DNA of 64,000 nucleotides from a virus, in the IMG/VR virus record IMGVR_UViG_3300032304_001168; one strand, 5' to 3'. The notes under the pieces are model-generated. The model made no database searches. It saw only the letters and a list, made by a program, of their open reading frames with translations, and was not told the origin of the DNA. The translations under genes were made by a program, and so were the position numbers. Below are positions 48,018 through 59,831 of this stretch, in pieces (position 1 is the first letter of the stretch; each line of letters starts with the position of its first letter).

Positions 48018-49856
48018 TTACGAGAAATTAATAGTTTTAAAATTCTTAACCCTTACATTAATATCCTTAGTCGCAAATCTAACTTGATATGTTTGACTAG
48101 GTTCTGCAAATATAGTATCGTCCACTAATTCAATTTGTTTAGTTTCACTATCCAAATATCTTTGTGATGTTTGAGATGAAGAATATTGACCTCCAACCTT
48201 ATTAAACGCTTGGATTTCCGCTACGGCAATAATACCATTTTGAGATTGAATTATTCTTCTTATTTCAGATACATTAACATTTTGACCCATTTCTCTAGTT
48301 TTAGGACTCATATATTCATTAACACTATCAACTATTTGTGCTATTACAGCACCTTGATTTTGACTATTATCTAATACAACATCAATATTAAACGCTAAAT
48401 CAATAACATTTGCAGATTCTATTGATATGTAATCATTTAACATTCTATAGTTAGATAAATAATTAGCGATATTACTTTTTAAAGTATTTGATGTAATTTC
48501 AGTTAAATTACCAGATTCATCATAAGATAAAATCTTAATTTTAATTTTGTTATTTTCTTCAGTTATAGATGCTTTAGCTGGAGCCCCAAATTGGGATGGC
48601 ATTGTTCTAATTATTGACTCATAATCATTAATTGTAACCGCTCTATTTTGTGCCGCAAAATTAAACGAGACCAAATTTCTAACTTCTTCTGTAGTTGGGT
48701 TAGGTGCACCACCAATTGCCGCTGTTACATTGTTACAAGACAAAGAATTTATAACACTTGTATTTACAGAATCAGAAGGTCCATTAACGAAAAATGAAAC
48801 AGTACCGATTTGATTTATCACATTAACACCTAAATTACTAGTAGTGCCTCCACCAATTCTATATTGTACAAATAATGTAGTATTTGCTTTAAGAGTACTT
48901 CCCAAAGCAAAATTATTTGAATACTTATATAAATCTAATTTATACCCATTCCTAGCAAACTCTCTTAATTGTTCATCCGCTGATTGACTTCCTCCACCAA
49001 ATGTCATTTTCAAAAACCCTTCTGGTGTATATTCAGTAATAAACTTACTTGTTGCTGTAATATATTTACCAACTTTAATACCTGGATTGTCGGCTACTTT
49101 AGTAGGGTCTTCAATAAAAACTCTTTCTTCGGCTAAAGCCTTAACTTCATACCATCTGTTGTCCAATCCTAAAAATTCTTGTACAGATGGAATATTCGCA
49201 TATTGAGTACCATCTTTTAGTAGTACACTAGTAACACCTAATACATTTCTTTCAGGTAAAAATAATTCAAAAAATGGTTTAACATCATTTGGTGTTACAA
49301 CACGTTTGAATACCTTTGTTATACCATTTACCACCGTTTCCCTCTTGGTGATGGTATAATTTAATAATCGGTTATTTGAATCAAAATTGGGTATTTTTAA
49401 TCTATTGGGGAAACCTTCGGCATTGACTGCGGATGCAAAATCAATATCATACACAGTTTCAAAAACTTGACCAGCACCATTGATTTGTGCTCCTCTTCTT
49501 AGAATACCACAATATCTTAAATCTTCTCTATCACCAAAACCATCAACTGTAATTGAAAAATCAACTAGGGCAACTGAAGGTCTTTGTCCTGGAATTTTAA
49601 GTCCATAAGTTTTGGCAATATTAAAAATTGATGACCTTTGTTGTGCAAATTGTAGTACCGTTTCTTGAATACTCCTATCAATATTAAATTGTAGGTTATC
49701 CGATACCGCAGCATTTAAATCTAATAACGCAGAAAAAATGGAAGCGTCATTAAAATTATCAATTAAATCAGGATAATATGTTCGTGTAAAATTTATTAAT
49801 TCAGTTCTAATTGACTGAAAATCTCTAGTTGTATATGATATTTTTTTATTAGCCAT
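48018..49856 (-). CDS. baseplate wedge subunit (T4 gp6-like)
   Basis: YTTRDFQSIRTEL, AQQRSS, QNRAVTINDY. Confidence 0.88.
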   Translation of the reverse strand: MANKKISYTTRDFQSIRTELINFTRTYYPDLIDNFNDASIFSALLDLNAAVSDNLQFNIDRSIQETVLQFAQQRSSIFNIAKTYGLKIPGQRPSVALVDFSITVDGFGDREDLRYCGILRRGAQINGAGQVFETVYDIDFASAVNAEGFPNRLKIPNFDSNNRLLNYTITKRETVVNGITKVFKRVVTPNDVKPFFELFLPERNVLGVTSVLLKDGTQYANIPSVQEFLGLDNRWYEVKALAEERVFIEDPTKVADNPGIKVGKYITATSKFITEYTPEGFLKMTFGGGSQSADEQLREFARNGYKLDLYKYSNNFALGSTLKANTTLFVQYRIGGGTTSNLGVNVINQIGTVSFFVNGPSDSVNTSVINSLSCNNVTAAIGGAPNPTTEEVRNLVSFNFAAQNRAVTINDYESIIRTMPSQFGAPAKASITEENNKIKIKILSYDESGNLTEITSNTLKSNIANYLSNYRMLNDYISIESANVIDLAFNIDVVLDNSQNQGAVIAQIVDSVNEYMSPKTREMGQNVNVSEIRRIIQSQNGIIAVAEIQAFNKVGGQYSSSQTSQRYLDSETKQIELVDDTIFAEPSQTYQVRFATKDINVRVKNFKTINFS

Positions 49857-49860
49857 AATA

Positions 49861-50319
49861 TTAAATATTGATAATTATAAAATCACTTGAGTTAAATGCT
49901 GTATCAGTAACCAAGTAATCTATTTTGATTTTTGCTGTATGTTCAGCCTGACTAATACCTGGTACAGTAAAAACTCTTTCATTGTTGTCGTTTATATACG
50001 TACCCTTATCTTCCTCACCTTCAGAAGCTGGATTTATTGTTATATTTGTTATAGTCAAACCTGGCAAATATTCACTAACTGAATCTCGTATTTCTGCTTC
50101 CAAATCAGAGAATGTTGGTCCATCCATAGGTTCAAATATATATTCATATAATCTTGTACCAAAATTAGGTAAATAATATCTCGTACCTTTCCTTGTTAAT
50201 AAAAGGTGAATTAAATTACTTCTAATTTCGTCATCAGTTGTTTGTGATAAAGATAAATAATTACCCTCGTATGAATCTCTAAAAGGGAAATTTATTCCGT
50301 ATGTTATTCCATCTGCCAT
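49861..50319 (-). CDS. baseplate wedge/sheath initiator (T4 gp25-like)
   Basis: IRSNLIHLLLTRKGTRYYLPNFGTRL..YIFEP. Confidence 0.9.
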   Translation of the reverse strand: MADGITYGINFPFRDSYEGNYLSLSQTTDDEIRSNLIHLLLTRKGTRYYLPNFGTRLYEYIFEPMDGPTFSDLEAEIRDSVSEYLPGLTITNITINPASEGEEDKGTYINDNNERVFTVPGISQAEHTAKIKIDYLVTDTAFNSSDFIIINI

Positions 50320-50365
50320 ATTGATAAATATAATGTTTGAATTATTTCTATAAATACCTCAAAAC

Positions 50366-50392
50366 AAAAAATCACGACATTATGTCGTGATT
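50366..50392 (-). terminator. intrinsic terminator after nrdA
   Basis: AATCACGACA-TTA-TGTCGTGATT with a T-run on the minus strand. Confidence 0.75.
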
Positions 50393-50400
50393 CTTATTTT

Positions 50401-52818
50401 TTAAGATGAACAACCGAAACAATCGAATGGTGAATCAATTGGTTTACTAATTACATCAACGTGTGGTAATGTCGGTGTTGTTTTTGGTTTATCTATCTTT
50501 GATATATCTACAGCCAAATGTTTTGCACCAGTTGATATCGCCTTAGTTCTAACATAATAACATAATGTTTTCAATCCTTTTTGCCAAGCGTGGAAATGTG
50601 ATGAAGTGATTTTTGACAAAGTTGGATTACCCATATAGATATTCATTGATTGTGATTGGTCAATAAAAGGACCTCTATCTGCCGCCATATCAATCAATTC
50701 TCTCTGTGATATTTCCCATATTGTTTTATACTTCTTCATCAAATGTTCAATTCTTTTAACTTTGAAGTTGTATTTCTTATCTTCTGTATCTAAGTAATTG
50801 TTGAAGTTTATATTTTGAATTGACCCTTCATTTAGAATAATTTCATTTTTCAAATCTTCTCCCCAAATACCAAGTTTCTCAAAGTCAGCAATTAGATATT
50901 TGTTAACAATCATAATTTCACCACCAACTACTCTTCTATTAAAGATTGCTGAATGTGCGGGTTCAGTCATTTCGTAAGAACCTGTTATCTTAGCAGAACT
51001 TGCAACTGGCATCTGTGCTGTAAACAATGAATTACATATGCCATAATTTTTAACATTTTCTTTTAATCCATTCCAATCCCATCTACCAGATAAATCAGAT
51101 TCAGTTAATCCCCACATATCAAATTGGAATATACCTTTTGACATTGGTGAACCTTTGAAATATTCATACCTTTGGTATTCTTCATCGTGAGCCAATTTAT
51201 TACTCTCAGTAATTGCTGCAAAGTATATTGTTTCAAATATTTCTTTATTTAACTTTTTAGCCTCATCTGATGTAAACTCATAATCCATTAGATAGAATAC
51301 ATCAGCCAATCCTTGTGTTCCAATCGCAATTGCTCTTTGTTCTCTACCACCCTTTTCACCCTTACTTGTTGAATAATTGTTGATATCAACAACTTTGTTC
51401 AAAGCTCTTACTACTTTTCTAGTTTCGTTATAAAGTTCCTCAAAATCAAATTGTGCATCGTGTACAAAGTTCTTTAATACCATTGAAGATAGGGTACAGA
51501 TTGCTGTAAAGTTAGACTCGTCACTAAATTGTACAATTTCCGCGCAAAGATTTGATTGTCTGATAGTTCCAATATTTTGATGATTACTCTTCTTGTTTAC
51601 ATTATCTTTTGATAAAAGATATGGAACACCTGTTTCAATTTGTGATTCAACAATTTTATTCCAAATATCTTGAGCTTTAACTTTTTTACCTAAACCTAAA
51701 CTAACAGCTTGATTATATACTGACTCATATTCTTCACCATATACTTCTTGTAATGCTTTCAATCCAGCTTTTTTAATGTCATTAGGACAAAATAAATACC
51801 AATCACCATTTTCTCTTACAGCTCTCATAAAGTTATCAGGTATCCACAATGCCGTAAATAAATCTCTAGCTCTTAGTTCTTCAGCACCAGTGTTCTTTTT
51901 GATTTCCAATAAATCAATAATGTCCTTATGCCAAGGTTCAAGATATATCGCAGCAGAACCAGGTCTTCTACCTTGTTGATTAAAGAATCTTAATGACTCG
52001 TTAACAATCTTTAGATATTTTAACAATCCACCAGCAAAACCACCTGATGTACTTAATCTACTCTCCTTACTTCTGATATTTGACATACAAAGTCCAATGC
52101 CAGCAGCATCAGCCGAATAAGTGGAAATATCAGTCATAGTATTTAATAAACCTTCTCTTGAATCCGCATCATTATAATGTAATACACAAGATGCTAATTG
52201 AGGTATCTTTGTACCAGAATTAATCATGATTGGTGTTGCTGGAGAAATAAGTTGGTTTGATAGTGACTTGTAGTATTCTATAGCCTCTTCAAATGATTTT
52301 GTAACCCATAAAGCTACCCTCATATACATATGTTGGGGTCTTTCAATAGTCACACCTTCTGGTGTTTTAAGAAGATACATTTCATATAATGACCTCCAAG
52401 CAAAATAATCAAAGTTATAGTCATTATCGTGATTGATTATGTTATCAATATTAGATGCCCCATAACTTTCAATGGTTTTCATTAATGTCTCATTAACAAT
52501 CCCATCAACGTGTAAAGTGTGCATTGTATTTGAGAAACTTGGGTCAGTTTCTTTGTGATATGATGATATAGCAACAGAGGAAGCCAATCTTGAATAATCG
52601 TGATGACTTCCAGTATATGATGCCGCAATTTCATAAATCAACTTATCAAGTTGTTTGGTTGAAATTACCCCCTCAGTTGGTACTGAGGTGATAACTTTAA
52701 TGAATATTTGGTCAGAATTAACGTTTAGGTTTTTACTTGCTCGTTTAATTCTTGTTTGTATTTTTGTGGGGTTAAATGCGACCACTTCCCCATTTCTTTT
52801 TTTAATTCTTAATGACAT
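50401..52818 (-). CDS. nrdA: class Ia ribonucleotide reductase alpha subunit
   Basis: N-terminal ATP cone, SPATP, QLASC, SNLCAE, MPVASS, GLKTLCYY, C-terminal CFGC. Confidence 0.97.
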   Translation of the reverse strand: MSLRIKKRNGEVVAFNPTKIQTRIKRASKNLNVNSDQIFIKVITSVPTEGVISTKQLDKLIYEIAASYTGSHHDYSRLASSVAISSYHKETDPSFSNTMHTLHVDGIVNETLMKTIESYGASNIDNIINHDNDYNFDYFAWRSLYEMYLLKTPEGVTIERPQHMYMRVALWVTKSFEEAIEYYKSLSNQLISPATPIMINSGTKIPQLASCVLHYNDADSREGLLNTMTDISTYSADAAGIGLCMSNIRSKESRLSTSGGFAGGLLKYLKIVNESLRFFNQQGRRPGSAAIYLEPWHKDIIDLLEIKKNTGAEELRARDLFTALWIPDNFMRAVRENGDWYLFCPNDIKKAGLKALQEVYGEEYESVYNQAVSLGLGKKVKAQDIWNKIVESQIETGVPYLLSKDNVNKKSNHQNIGTIRQSNLCAEIVQFSDESNFTAICTLSSMVLKNFVHDAQFDFEELYNETRKVVRALNKVVDINNYSTSKGEKGGREQRAIAIGTQGLADVFYLMDYEFTSDEAKKLNKEIFETIYFAAITESNKLAHDEEYQRYEYFKGSPMSKGIFQFDMWGLTESDLSGRWDWNGLKENVKNYGICNSLFTAQMPVASSAKITGSYEMTEPAHSAIFNRRVVGGEIMIVNKYLIADFEKLGIWGEDLKNEIILNEGSIQNINFNNYLDTEDKKYNFKVKRIEHLMKKYKTIWEISQRELIDMAADRGPFIDQSQSMNIYMGNPTLSKITSSHFHAWQKGLKTLCYYVRTKAISTGAKHLAVDISKIDKPKTTPTLPHVDVISKPIDSPFDCFGCSS

Positions 52819-52828
52819 AGTTATAATT

Positions 52829-53779
52829 TTAAAAATCGTCTGTAAATGAAATCGTTTCGTTCAATTTAGCTTTTTGGTATTCCATTGTTCTTGATTCAAA
52901 GAAATTACCCTTTGTTTCAACCGCAATTTGTTCCATAAACTTGAATGGTTGTTCAACATTAAAATGTTTACTACATCCCATCTTTATTAGTAACCCATCG
53001 ACTACAAATTCTAAATATTGCTTCATTAGATTTGAGTTCATTCCAATTAAAGAAACAGGTAATGATTCTGTAATAAATTCTTTTTCAATTTCCAAAGCAG
53101 ACAATAGAATTTCTTTAATTCTTTTTTCACTTGGTTTATTTTCAACGTGATTATTCAATAAATGAATCGCGAAATCACAATGTAAGTTTTCATCTTTAAA
53201 AATCAATGAATTAGCATTAGAAAGTCCTTGCATTACACCTCTTGATTTCAACCAAAAGATTGAACAAAATGAACCTGAGAAAAATATACCTTCAACAGCG
53301 GCAAAAGCAACCAATCTTTCTTGAAAAGAAGCCTTCTCAATCCAATCAAACGCCCATTTGGCTTTCTTTTGAACTGCGGGTAATCTATCAATAGCATTGA
53401 AACATTCGTCTTTTTCCTTTGGATTTGATATGTAAGTATCAATCAATAAAGAATACATTAAAGAATGGATATTTTCCATCATTAATTGAAATCCGTAAAA
53501 GAATTTTGCTTCAGGGTATTGAACTTCCTTATAAAAATTCTCAGCCAAGTTCTCATTGACAATTCCATCAGATGCCGCAAAGAATGACAATATGTTCTTG
53601 ATGAAATATTGTTCGTTCTCTGACAAGTTCTGCCACTCTCTGATGTCACCAGTCAAGTCAACCTCTTCTGCTGTCCAAAATGCTGCTTGGTGTTGTTTGT
53701 AGAATTCCCATATATCATTGTATTGAATGGGGAAAATCACAAAACGATTTGGATTGGTTGTTAATATTTTTTCTGTCAT
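52829..53779 (-). CDS. nrdB: class Ia ribonucleotide reductase beta subunit
   Basis: [35 protein letters not shown]. Confidence 0.97.
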   Translation of the reverse strand: MTEKILTTNPNRFVIFPIQYNDIWEFYKQHQAAFWTAEEVDLTGDIREWQNLSENEQYFIKNILSFFAASDGIVNENLAENFYKEVQYPEAKFFYGFQLMMENIHSLMYSLLIDTYISNPKEKDECFNAIDRLPAVQKKAKWAFDWIEKASFQERLVAFAAVEGIFFSGSFCSIFWLKSRGVMQGLSNANSLIFKDENLHCDFAIHLLNNHVENKPSEKRIKEILLSALEIEKEFITESLPVSLIGMNSNLMKQYLEFVVDGLLIKMGCSKHFNVEQPFKFMEQIAVETKGNFFESRTMEYQKAKLNETISFTDDF

Positions 53780-53781
53780 AA

Positions 53782-55161
53782 TTAATTATTTTGTTCTCTT
53801 TGTTTTCTTTTTTCTAATAAATCTTTAATTCTTTGTCTATTGTTTTCTTCTTTTTGTTCTTCGTGGCCCAAGAATGTTACTGAAGATTCCGTATCGATTT
53901 CCAACATACTATTATCAAATTTACAATTTTCAAAGACAATACCATCATCCCCAATTCTAGATTTTGTTACTGCCATTGTTGCCAACTTCATTTCTTTTTG
54001 CTGAAGCGATTTAGCGATTGATATGATAACGTGACCAACTTGTGCTTTCTTAATTGACCCACCCATTTGGTCTGTTGTTACAACCTCAGATGATATTGAA
54101 CTTCTATTACCCTGCGTTGCAGTCCATCCAACCAAGTCTAACTCGTGACACATTGCTTCAAATCCTCTCATTACCGAACCCTCTGATTTCCATTCATCAC
54201 CCAAGTTTTTCTCAGGGACAACACAATCAATATAATCCAATAAAACCATATCTACTTTGATACCATCAGCAATCTTTTTTCTAATTAGATTTTTGATTTG
54301 AGTCATTGTCATAGTATCAGAAGGAAGCTTCTCCAAGACAAGTTGATTTGTCATTTTATTTTCAATTTCTCTTACCTTGGATATTACTTCATCCTTTTTA
54401 TTAGACATATCATCAGGATGGATTTTTGTCCACAACGTAAAATGTTTTCTTTGAATAACCTTGGGATTATCCTCAAAAAATATTTGAAGTACATTATATC
54501 CCAAATTAAAAGCATGGTTGGCAATCTTGGTTAAGATAGTTGATTTACCTACACCAGTAGGAGCTAATATAACCCCGATTTCACCTTTTGCCAAACCACC
54601 TTTTAGAAGTCTATCAATTCCTGGTATTCCCATTGGAATTGGATGTCTATAGTCTTCATTTAATACATCATCCAAATTAGAAAATACATTCAACGTTCCA
54701 CTTTCAACAATTCCGACTTGAAGAGCTTCACGTATCATTTCTTCAAGAGTATCGTAATTTTCAAACTCACCACCATCAATTACTTTTTGTGCTTTAGTAA
54801 TCGCTTTTTGTAGTTCTTGTTGTTTGCAAAACTTTAATGCTTTTTCTTGAACAAACTCTCCACCAGATATTGGAGCTTCTTTAATTTTTCTAATTGTGTC
54901 AATAACAACTTTAGCAACATTTTCTTGTTGGAACTCTGATTTTGTTATCTGTTCTAAAGTGTCAAAAGATGGTACACCATCCCATTTTTGACTATACTCT
55001 TTAATCATTTGGATAATGATTTTAAAGTACTTGTTATCAAAGTAAGCTGGTTCTATTACATCAACAATAGACCTCGAAAATTCTTTATCTAGTACAATTT
55101 GATTAATAAGTTGTATTTGAAATGAGCTTCCTAGATAATCGAAATTTTTGTTAGATGACAT
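53782..55161 (-). CDS. replicative DnaB/gp41-like helicase
   Basis: [27 protein letters not shown]. Confidence 0.92.
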   Translation of the reverse strand: MSSNKNFDYLGSSFQIQLINQIVLDKEFSRSIVDVIEPAYFDNKYFKIIIQMIKEYSQKWDGVPSFDTLEQITKSEFQQENVAKVVIDTIRKIKEAPISGGEFVQEKALKFCKQQELQKAITKAQKVIDGGEFENYDTLEEMIREALQVGIVESGTLNVFSNLDDVLNEDYRHPIPMGIPGIDRLLKGGLAKGEIGVILAPTGVGKSTILTKIANHAFNLGYNVLQIFFEDNPKVIQRKHFTLWTKIHPDDMSNKKDEVISKVREIENKMTNQLVLEKLPSDTMTMTQIKNLIRKKIADGIKVDMVLLDYIDCVVPEKNLGDEWKSEGSVMRGFEAMCHELDLVGWTATQGNRSSISSEVVTTDQMGGSIKKAQVGHVIISIAKSLQQKEMKLATMAVTKSRIGDDGIVFENCKFDNSMLEIDTESSVTFLGHEEQKEENNRQRIKDLLEKRKQREQNN

Positions 55162-55188
55162 ATGTTTGAATTGTTGTATGAATAAATA

Positions 55189-55644
55189 TTAGACTAGTGT
55201 GCTATATCCCAAATAATTAAATGTTAAATCTTTTTCGGACAAAATATCCGTTAAATCATATAAAACACCCTTGATTTGTTGACGAATATCCACCGTATAT
55301 CTGATTTTTGGGGGATATATCTTAGCATCAATTCTTCTATGTGAAATTATTTTATCATTTTGTTTTATGAAAATGTTAAAATATTCAGGACCTTCTACGA
55401 AAGAAGTATTAAGAATTGTTGGGTTGTGTGTGATGTCATATTGGTTTTCCAATAGATAACTCACTGATTTCATTTTTAACGAATAATTAATATTTTCAAT
55501 CAACCCATCCATATATTCCAAGAACTCAATTGAATTTTTGGCTTTTGAATTGTAATCTCTTACATTAAAAAATCTTTGTACGATAATGTTATCGTTTACC
55601 ATCATCAAGAATTCCAGTTTGGTTACATCATTTTGTTCTCTCAT
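55189..55644 (-). CDS. hypothetical protein in the replication cluster
   Basis: 151-aa ORF. Confidence 0.7.
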   Translation of the reverse strand: MREQNDVTKLEFLMMVNDNIIVQRFFNVRDYNSKAKNSIEFLEYMDGLIENINYSLKMKSVSYLLENQYDITHNPTILNTSFVEGPEYFNIFIKQNDKIISHRRIDAKIYPPKIRYTVDIRQQIKGVLYDLTDILSEKDLTFNYLGYSTLV

Positions 55645-55650
55645 TGTTAA

Positions 55651-56658
55651 TCATTTTTTTGTTTTAAAATTGTGTTTTTCTTTTCTTGTAAGTTTCAAAA
55701 ATGGTTTTAAAAAATTTACCCAAGCGTCGTCACCTTTTGGAAGAAATTTAAAGAATCCATCTTCCATCATCATCTTTATTAGATTTCTATGTCCTCTACC
55801 ATTGGGGTCTAATGTTTCCTTATAATAAAGTTCAACCATCTCTTTTCCTTCATCATCAATTAATGGTTCTGATAAATCTACAATCTTTTTATTGATTTCA
55901 AAGAATTCATCACCATATATTCCTGTCTTTGTTTTTCCTGTTAAAAGGTTTTTAATGGTGTTGTTTTCTTTATCTTCTTTCAAAAGGTTTTCAGCCTTGG
56001 TTAAAATATCGTCAATTGTTACGTCTTGTTCAAGTAGTTCGGGAAAAAACTTGAATAAAGTTTTATCACCCAAATAATATATCCCATCAATATTATCTGA
56101 TTTATCCCCACATAATACTTTATATGTTAATATATTGTTATGGGGAATTGAATGTTCTTTTAATTTAATCTTATCCCCATTTCTATATATTTGTTTTGCG
56201 GATGGTGAATAAATTGATACATTTGGGGAAATAAGTTGTGTTAAATCCTTATCAGATGAGAATATTGTAATTGATTCATCTTTAGCAATTTGACAATAAT
56301 AAGCAATTAAATCATCAGCTTCATTATTATCTATGTTAACTTGTCTAATAAACATTTCTTCCAAATATTGTTTAACCCTTTCCTTTTGATATGAGAAAGA
56401 TTCTTCTTTAAACACATTGGAATCAACTACCCTATTTTCTTTGTATTGGGGGTATATAATTTTCCTTTTACTTGAATTACCTTCATTATCCCAAAAAGCA
56501 ATTACTTTATCAAAATTGTATTCCTCAATAAATCTTTTAGTTGTGTTAAGGAAGTGCCATATACCCCCAATATGATTACCATTGTGGTAATAATCTTTAA
56601 CCCCATAGAAACCTATTTTTAATAAGTTATTAGAGTCAACTAATAATGTTTTTATCAT
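55651..56658 (-). CDS. 5'-3' exonuclease (FEN/T4 RNase H/PolI N-terminal-like)
   Basis: LLVDSNN, YKENR, EADDLIA, SSDKDL, GDKSDNIDGI; likely start MIKTLLVD (ORF track starts at 56724). Confidence 0.92.
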   Translation of the reverse strand: MIKTLLVDSNNLLKIGFYGVKDYYHNGNHIGGIWHFLNTTKRFIEEYNFDKVIAFWDNEGNSSKRKIIYPQYKENRVVDSNVFKEESFSYQKERVKQYLEEMFIRQVNIDNNEADDLIAYYCQIAKDESITIFSSDKDLTQLISPNVSIYSPSAKQIYRNGDKIKLKEHSIPHNNILTYKVLCGDKSDNIDGIYYLGDKTLFKFFPELLEQDVTIDDILTKAENLLKEDKENNTIKNLLTGKTKTGIYGDEFFEINKKIVDLSEPLIDDEGKEMVELYYKETLDPNGRGHRNLIKMMMEDGFFKFLPKGDDAWVNFLKPFLKLTRKEKHNFKTKK

Positions 56659-56668
56659 TAATTTTTTT

Positions 56669-57676
56669 TTAAGGGTTAACAAAATTGTTTTCTTCTTTTT
56701 TGAATTCAGATGTAATGTATTCACCCAAAAATTCTATAAATATTGCTTCCATTACTGGAACACATATGGAGTTACCAGCTAACGAAATGTGATTGTTTGT
56801 TGTTAGACTTGTTGATAATAATTTATCAATATCTTCTTCTCTAACACCCATAAATCTATAGGCTTCTCTACTAGTAATTGTTCTTATTCTACCATCCTCA
56901 GTCATAATTTGTGGTGAACCAGTTGTCGTTAAACAAGGGGAACATCCTTCAATAGAATAGATACGTCTTGCTTGGTCATATTTAACATCGTTTCTACGTC
57001 CTACAAGTCTGCACACACTATTCTTTTTAGGTTCGTTGGGTGTTATGTCACATTCAATAAATAAGTTCTCCACAATGTCATTTTCTATGAATGGTCTCAT
57101 TGGTACTCTATCTTTTCTATGTTTATCAACTCCGTTCATTATTGATTCAACTTCATCATTTGTCATTCCAAAAACTGACATCATAAAGACTCTCTCCCTA
57201 TTTTGGGGACAACCATAGTCAGCACCATTTAAAACCCTCCAAGAACATCCATATCCCAATTCATTTAAAAATGATATATGAGCTTTAAAGTTATCTATAT
57301 GATTGTGAGACACCAAGTTTTTAACATTTTCCATCAAAAGATACTTTGGTTGATTCTTTGTTAAAATCCTTTCCACTTCATATAATAAACCACTTCTTGT
57401 ACCTATCTTAATCCCTTCTTGTTTGCCTGATATTGAAATACTTTGACAAGGGAATGAATAAGTCATTAGGACACATTGGGGGTAATTGTCCTCGTTTACC
57501 TTCGAAATGTCCCCCAAGTTACCCAATGTTGTTGTATGTAATGAATCGTAAGCAATATTTGCGGTTTTAAGGATGTCACAATTTGCAACATTCTCAAAAT
57601 CAACACCAATGTATTTTAGTGCCAATTCTTGTGTCCCATAACCTGAAAATAGTGATATAACTTTTAATTTATTCAT
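56669..57676 (-). CDS. DNA (cytosine-5)-methyltransferase
   Basis: LFSGYG, FPCQ, ENV, QNRERVF, AGNSI. Confidence 0.92.
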   Translation of the reverse strand: MNKLKVISLFSGYGTQELALKYIGVDFENVANCDILKTANIAYDSLHTTTLGNLGDISKVNEDNYPQCVLMTYSFPCQSISISGKQEGIKIGTRSGLLYEVERILTKNQPKYLLMENVKNLVSHNHIDNFKAHISFLNELGYGCSWRVLNGADYGCPQNRERVFMMSVFGMTNDEVESIMNGVDKHRKDRVPMRPFIENDIVENLFIECDITPNEPKKNSVCRLVGRRNDVKYDQARRIYSIEGCSPCLTTTGSPQIMTEDGRIRTITSREAYRFMGVREEDIDKLLSTSLTTNNHISLAGNSICVPVMEAIFIEFLGEYITSEFKKEENNFVNP

Positions 57677-58551
57677 AATAAATTTTTTTCAATTCTTTCT
57701 TCAAATTTTTTTTGGTATCGTTGTATCCAAACAATATTCCCACAATTATAGTGAAATAAAATTTCTTTGTCAGTAAGTTTGGGTACTTCTCTCAATTTAT
57801 AAATAAAATTATTTTCTTCACAAAATATTTCTGCAGCTTTTTTCTTATCCTCGACTAATAAAGTATTCCATAGTTTTTTCGGTTTACATTCAATTATATA
57901 CTTATTTTCTAATACAAAATCAGGATAATAATTTTTTTTACGATTTTTGTGTTCAAATCTTATTCTGTATTTTTCAGATTCTCCAGTTTCCCACTTAATA
58001 TTAAATTTCTCAATAACATTTATCATATATGATAGTTCTAACAAACTTCTAAAATACCATCCTTTATACCATCCAGACCACCCATTACCAGAACCAAAAG
58101 GTGGTGTTTTGCCAAACCAATAGTTTTTTTCCCCCTTAGTTGCTTTTTTTAATGAACAAACCTCATTCATTTCTTTAGCTTTTTCTTCACCATATTTTTC
58201 TATCCATATTTTTAGGTAGGAATTACCTAACATAGGGGGGTTTTCTCTCATCTTTTTACTTAATTCGTCTCTATATTCCTTTGATTTTATTTTTTTATAG
58301 TATTGTTTTCTACATTCACTATTGTTAGAAGATTCTATCATTTTTATCATAGATTCTTCACTATGATTTTTGTTATAAAATGGATTCCTATCCCCTTTTT
58401 TCAAACATGACGAACACAAACCAAAATTTTTACTTCTTTTGGTGGCATTTTTATAAGTGTTTAAGGTACGATAATTGATTACTCGGTTACACTCTTTACA
58501 ATTTATATAACAAGGGGTTTTGAACCCCTTTGCTTTTTCACAATTACACAT
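57673..58551 (-). CDS. homing endonuclease (NUMOD3-like plus TnsA-N/PD-(D/E)XK-like)
   Basis: GDRNPFYNKNHSEES, GEKNYWFGK, FRSLLEL..YYPDF..IECKP. Confidence 0.8.
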   Translation of the reverse strand: MCNCEKAKGFKTPCYINCKECNRVINYRTLNTYKNATKRSKNFGLCSSCLKKGDRNPFYNKNHSEESMIKMIESSNNSECRKQYYKKIKSKEYRDELSKKMRENPPMLGNSYLKIWIEKYGEEKAKEMNEVCSLKKATKGEKNYWFGKTPPFGSGNGWSGWYKGWYFRSLLELSYMINVIEKFNIKWETGESEKYRIRFEHKNRKKNYYPDFVLENKYIIECKPKKLWNTLLVEDKKKAAEIFCEENNFIYKLREVPKLTDKEILFHYNCGNIVWIQRYQKKFEERIEKNLL

Positions 58552-58604
58552 ATACTATAAATATCAATAAATCAGGTAAAAGAATGTCCCATTAACATTT
58601 TTTT

Positions 58605-59603
58605 CTACTCATTATCTGTTGTGTCTATTTCTATTTTTTCTTCATCATAAATTAGTTCACCAGTACCAGAAAGGATTACATTCCAATATTGAGAGTATTC
58701 TTTTTTATATTTGTCTAAAGCTTCCTTTGTGTCTGATATATAACCTTGTGGAACTGCTAAAATTTTACCATCCTTATAACTAATACCATTGACATGATTT
58801 TTTAAAACTGAGATTTTAGTTCTTATAGCAAATGTCACAGTTCTACCATTTTTTGTTGCCGTAATATGATTAATACCTGAACTTTTTTGGTTACCAAACA
58901 AAAATATTAAACTAGATGCCAACCATAATGCTTCACCACCTTTAGCTTTAATTGTTGGTTGTCCAAAAGGATTATCAGGTAATTCAACCCAAGGTTGGTT
59001 GATTACAATCATTGTATTATAATATGGATAGTCCTCTTTTTTTGATTTTGTTATTCTCGAATGAATTCCCATTCCGATTTTGTCTGCGAGGGCTGCCGCA
59101 TTGTGCATTTTTCCACCTTTACCCTCAAAAGTCATTTGACATGGGATTGAACCAATTGAGTCCCAACAAATACATAAATTATAGGGTAGTTCACCCTTTT
59201 CTTGAGCATCTAATAAATCATTTATATATTCAGTAGCCTGTTCAATATAATCAAAACTATCGTTGAATAGAAAATTTCCATCCCAAGTACCATCTTCCAT
59301 TTGTTCGGCCTGTAACCCCAACTCAACAGCATGTGACCAAGACCATTTTTTTTCTGTGATTATAAAAGCAGGTAAGTCCCCCCTTTTTTGGGCATTTGCT
59401 GCCGCTAAAATCATTGCTGTTGTCTTAGAACCATTTGAGTGTCCCAACATCATATTAATACCCCCTAACACAGGCCCTGGTAGTCCACAGGCTTCCATAA
59501 ATGCTTCACCACAATTGTAGAATGTTTCTGGTTTGTATTTTGTTTTAGTTGAAAACTTGGATTTAATTGAATCCAAACTTATTTCTTTTTTCTTAATTGC
59601 CAT
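58605..59603 (-). CDS. RecA/UvsX-like recombinase
   Basis: Walker A-like GHSNGSKT, WDSIG, INQPW, KGGEAL, KNHV. Confidence 0.85.
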   Translation of the reverse strand: MAIKKKEISLDSIKSKFSTKTKYKPETFYNCGEAFMEACGLPGPVLGGINMMLGHSNGSKTTAMILAAANAQKRGDLPAFIITEKKWSWSHAVELGLQAEQMEDGTWDGNFLFNDSFDYIEQATEYINDLLDAQEKGELPYNLCICWDSIGSIPCQMTFEGKGGKMHNAAALADKIGMGIHSRITKSKKEDYPYYNTMIVINQPWVELPDNPFGQPTIKAKGGEALWLASSLIFLFGNQKSSGINHITATKNGRTVTFAIRTKISVLKNHVNGISYKDGKILAVPQGYISDTKEALDKYKKEYSQYWNVILSGTGELIYDEEKIEIDTTDNE

Positions 59604-59820
59604 AGTTTAGATTGTATTTTACAAATTCTGTTAATGTTTCCAATTTATCTTTTGCGTTAGCCAATTGTTCTACAAACTTGTCCATTTCTTCCAAATGTTG
59701 TGGATGTTCTCCAATAGCAACAGGATTAGAAAAATAGATTAACAAGGTCGCTTCAGCCTCTGCAATCTCACTCTCATACTTAAGAGTAAGTGCATCAATC
59801 ATTTTCTTTTGAATTTTCAT
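59593..59820 (-). CDS. hypothetical phage protein
   Basis: YFSNPVAIGEHPQ motif. Confidence 0.75.
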   Translation of the reverse strand: MKIQKKMIDALTLKYESEIAEAEATLLIYFSNPVAIGEHPQHLEEMDKFVEQLANAKDKLETLTEFVKYNLNYGN

Positions 59821-59831
59821 TTAATTGTTTT

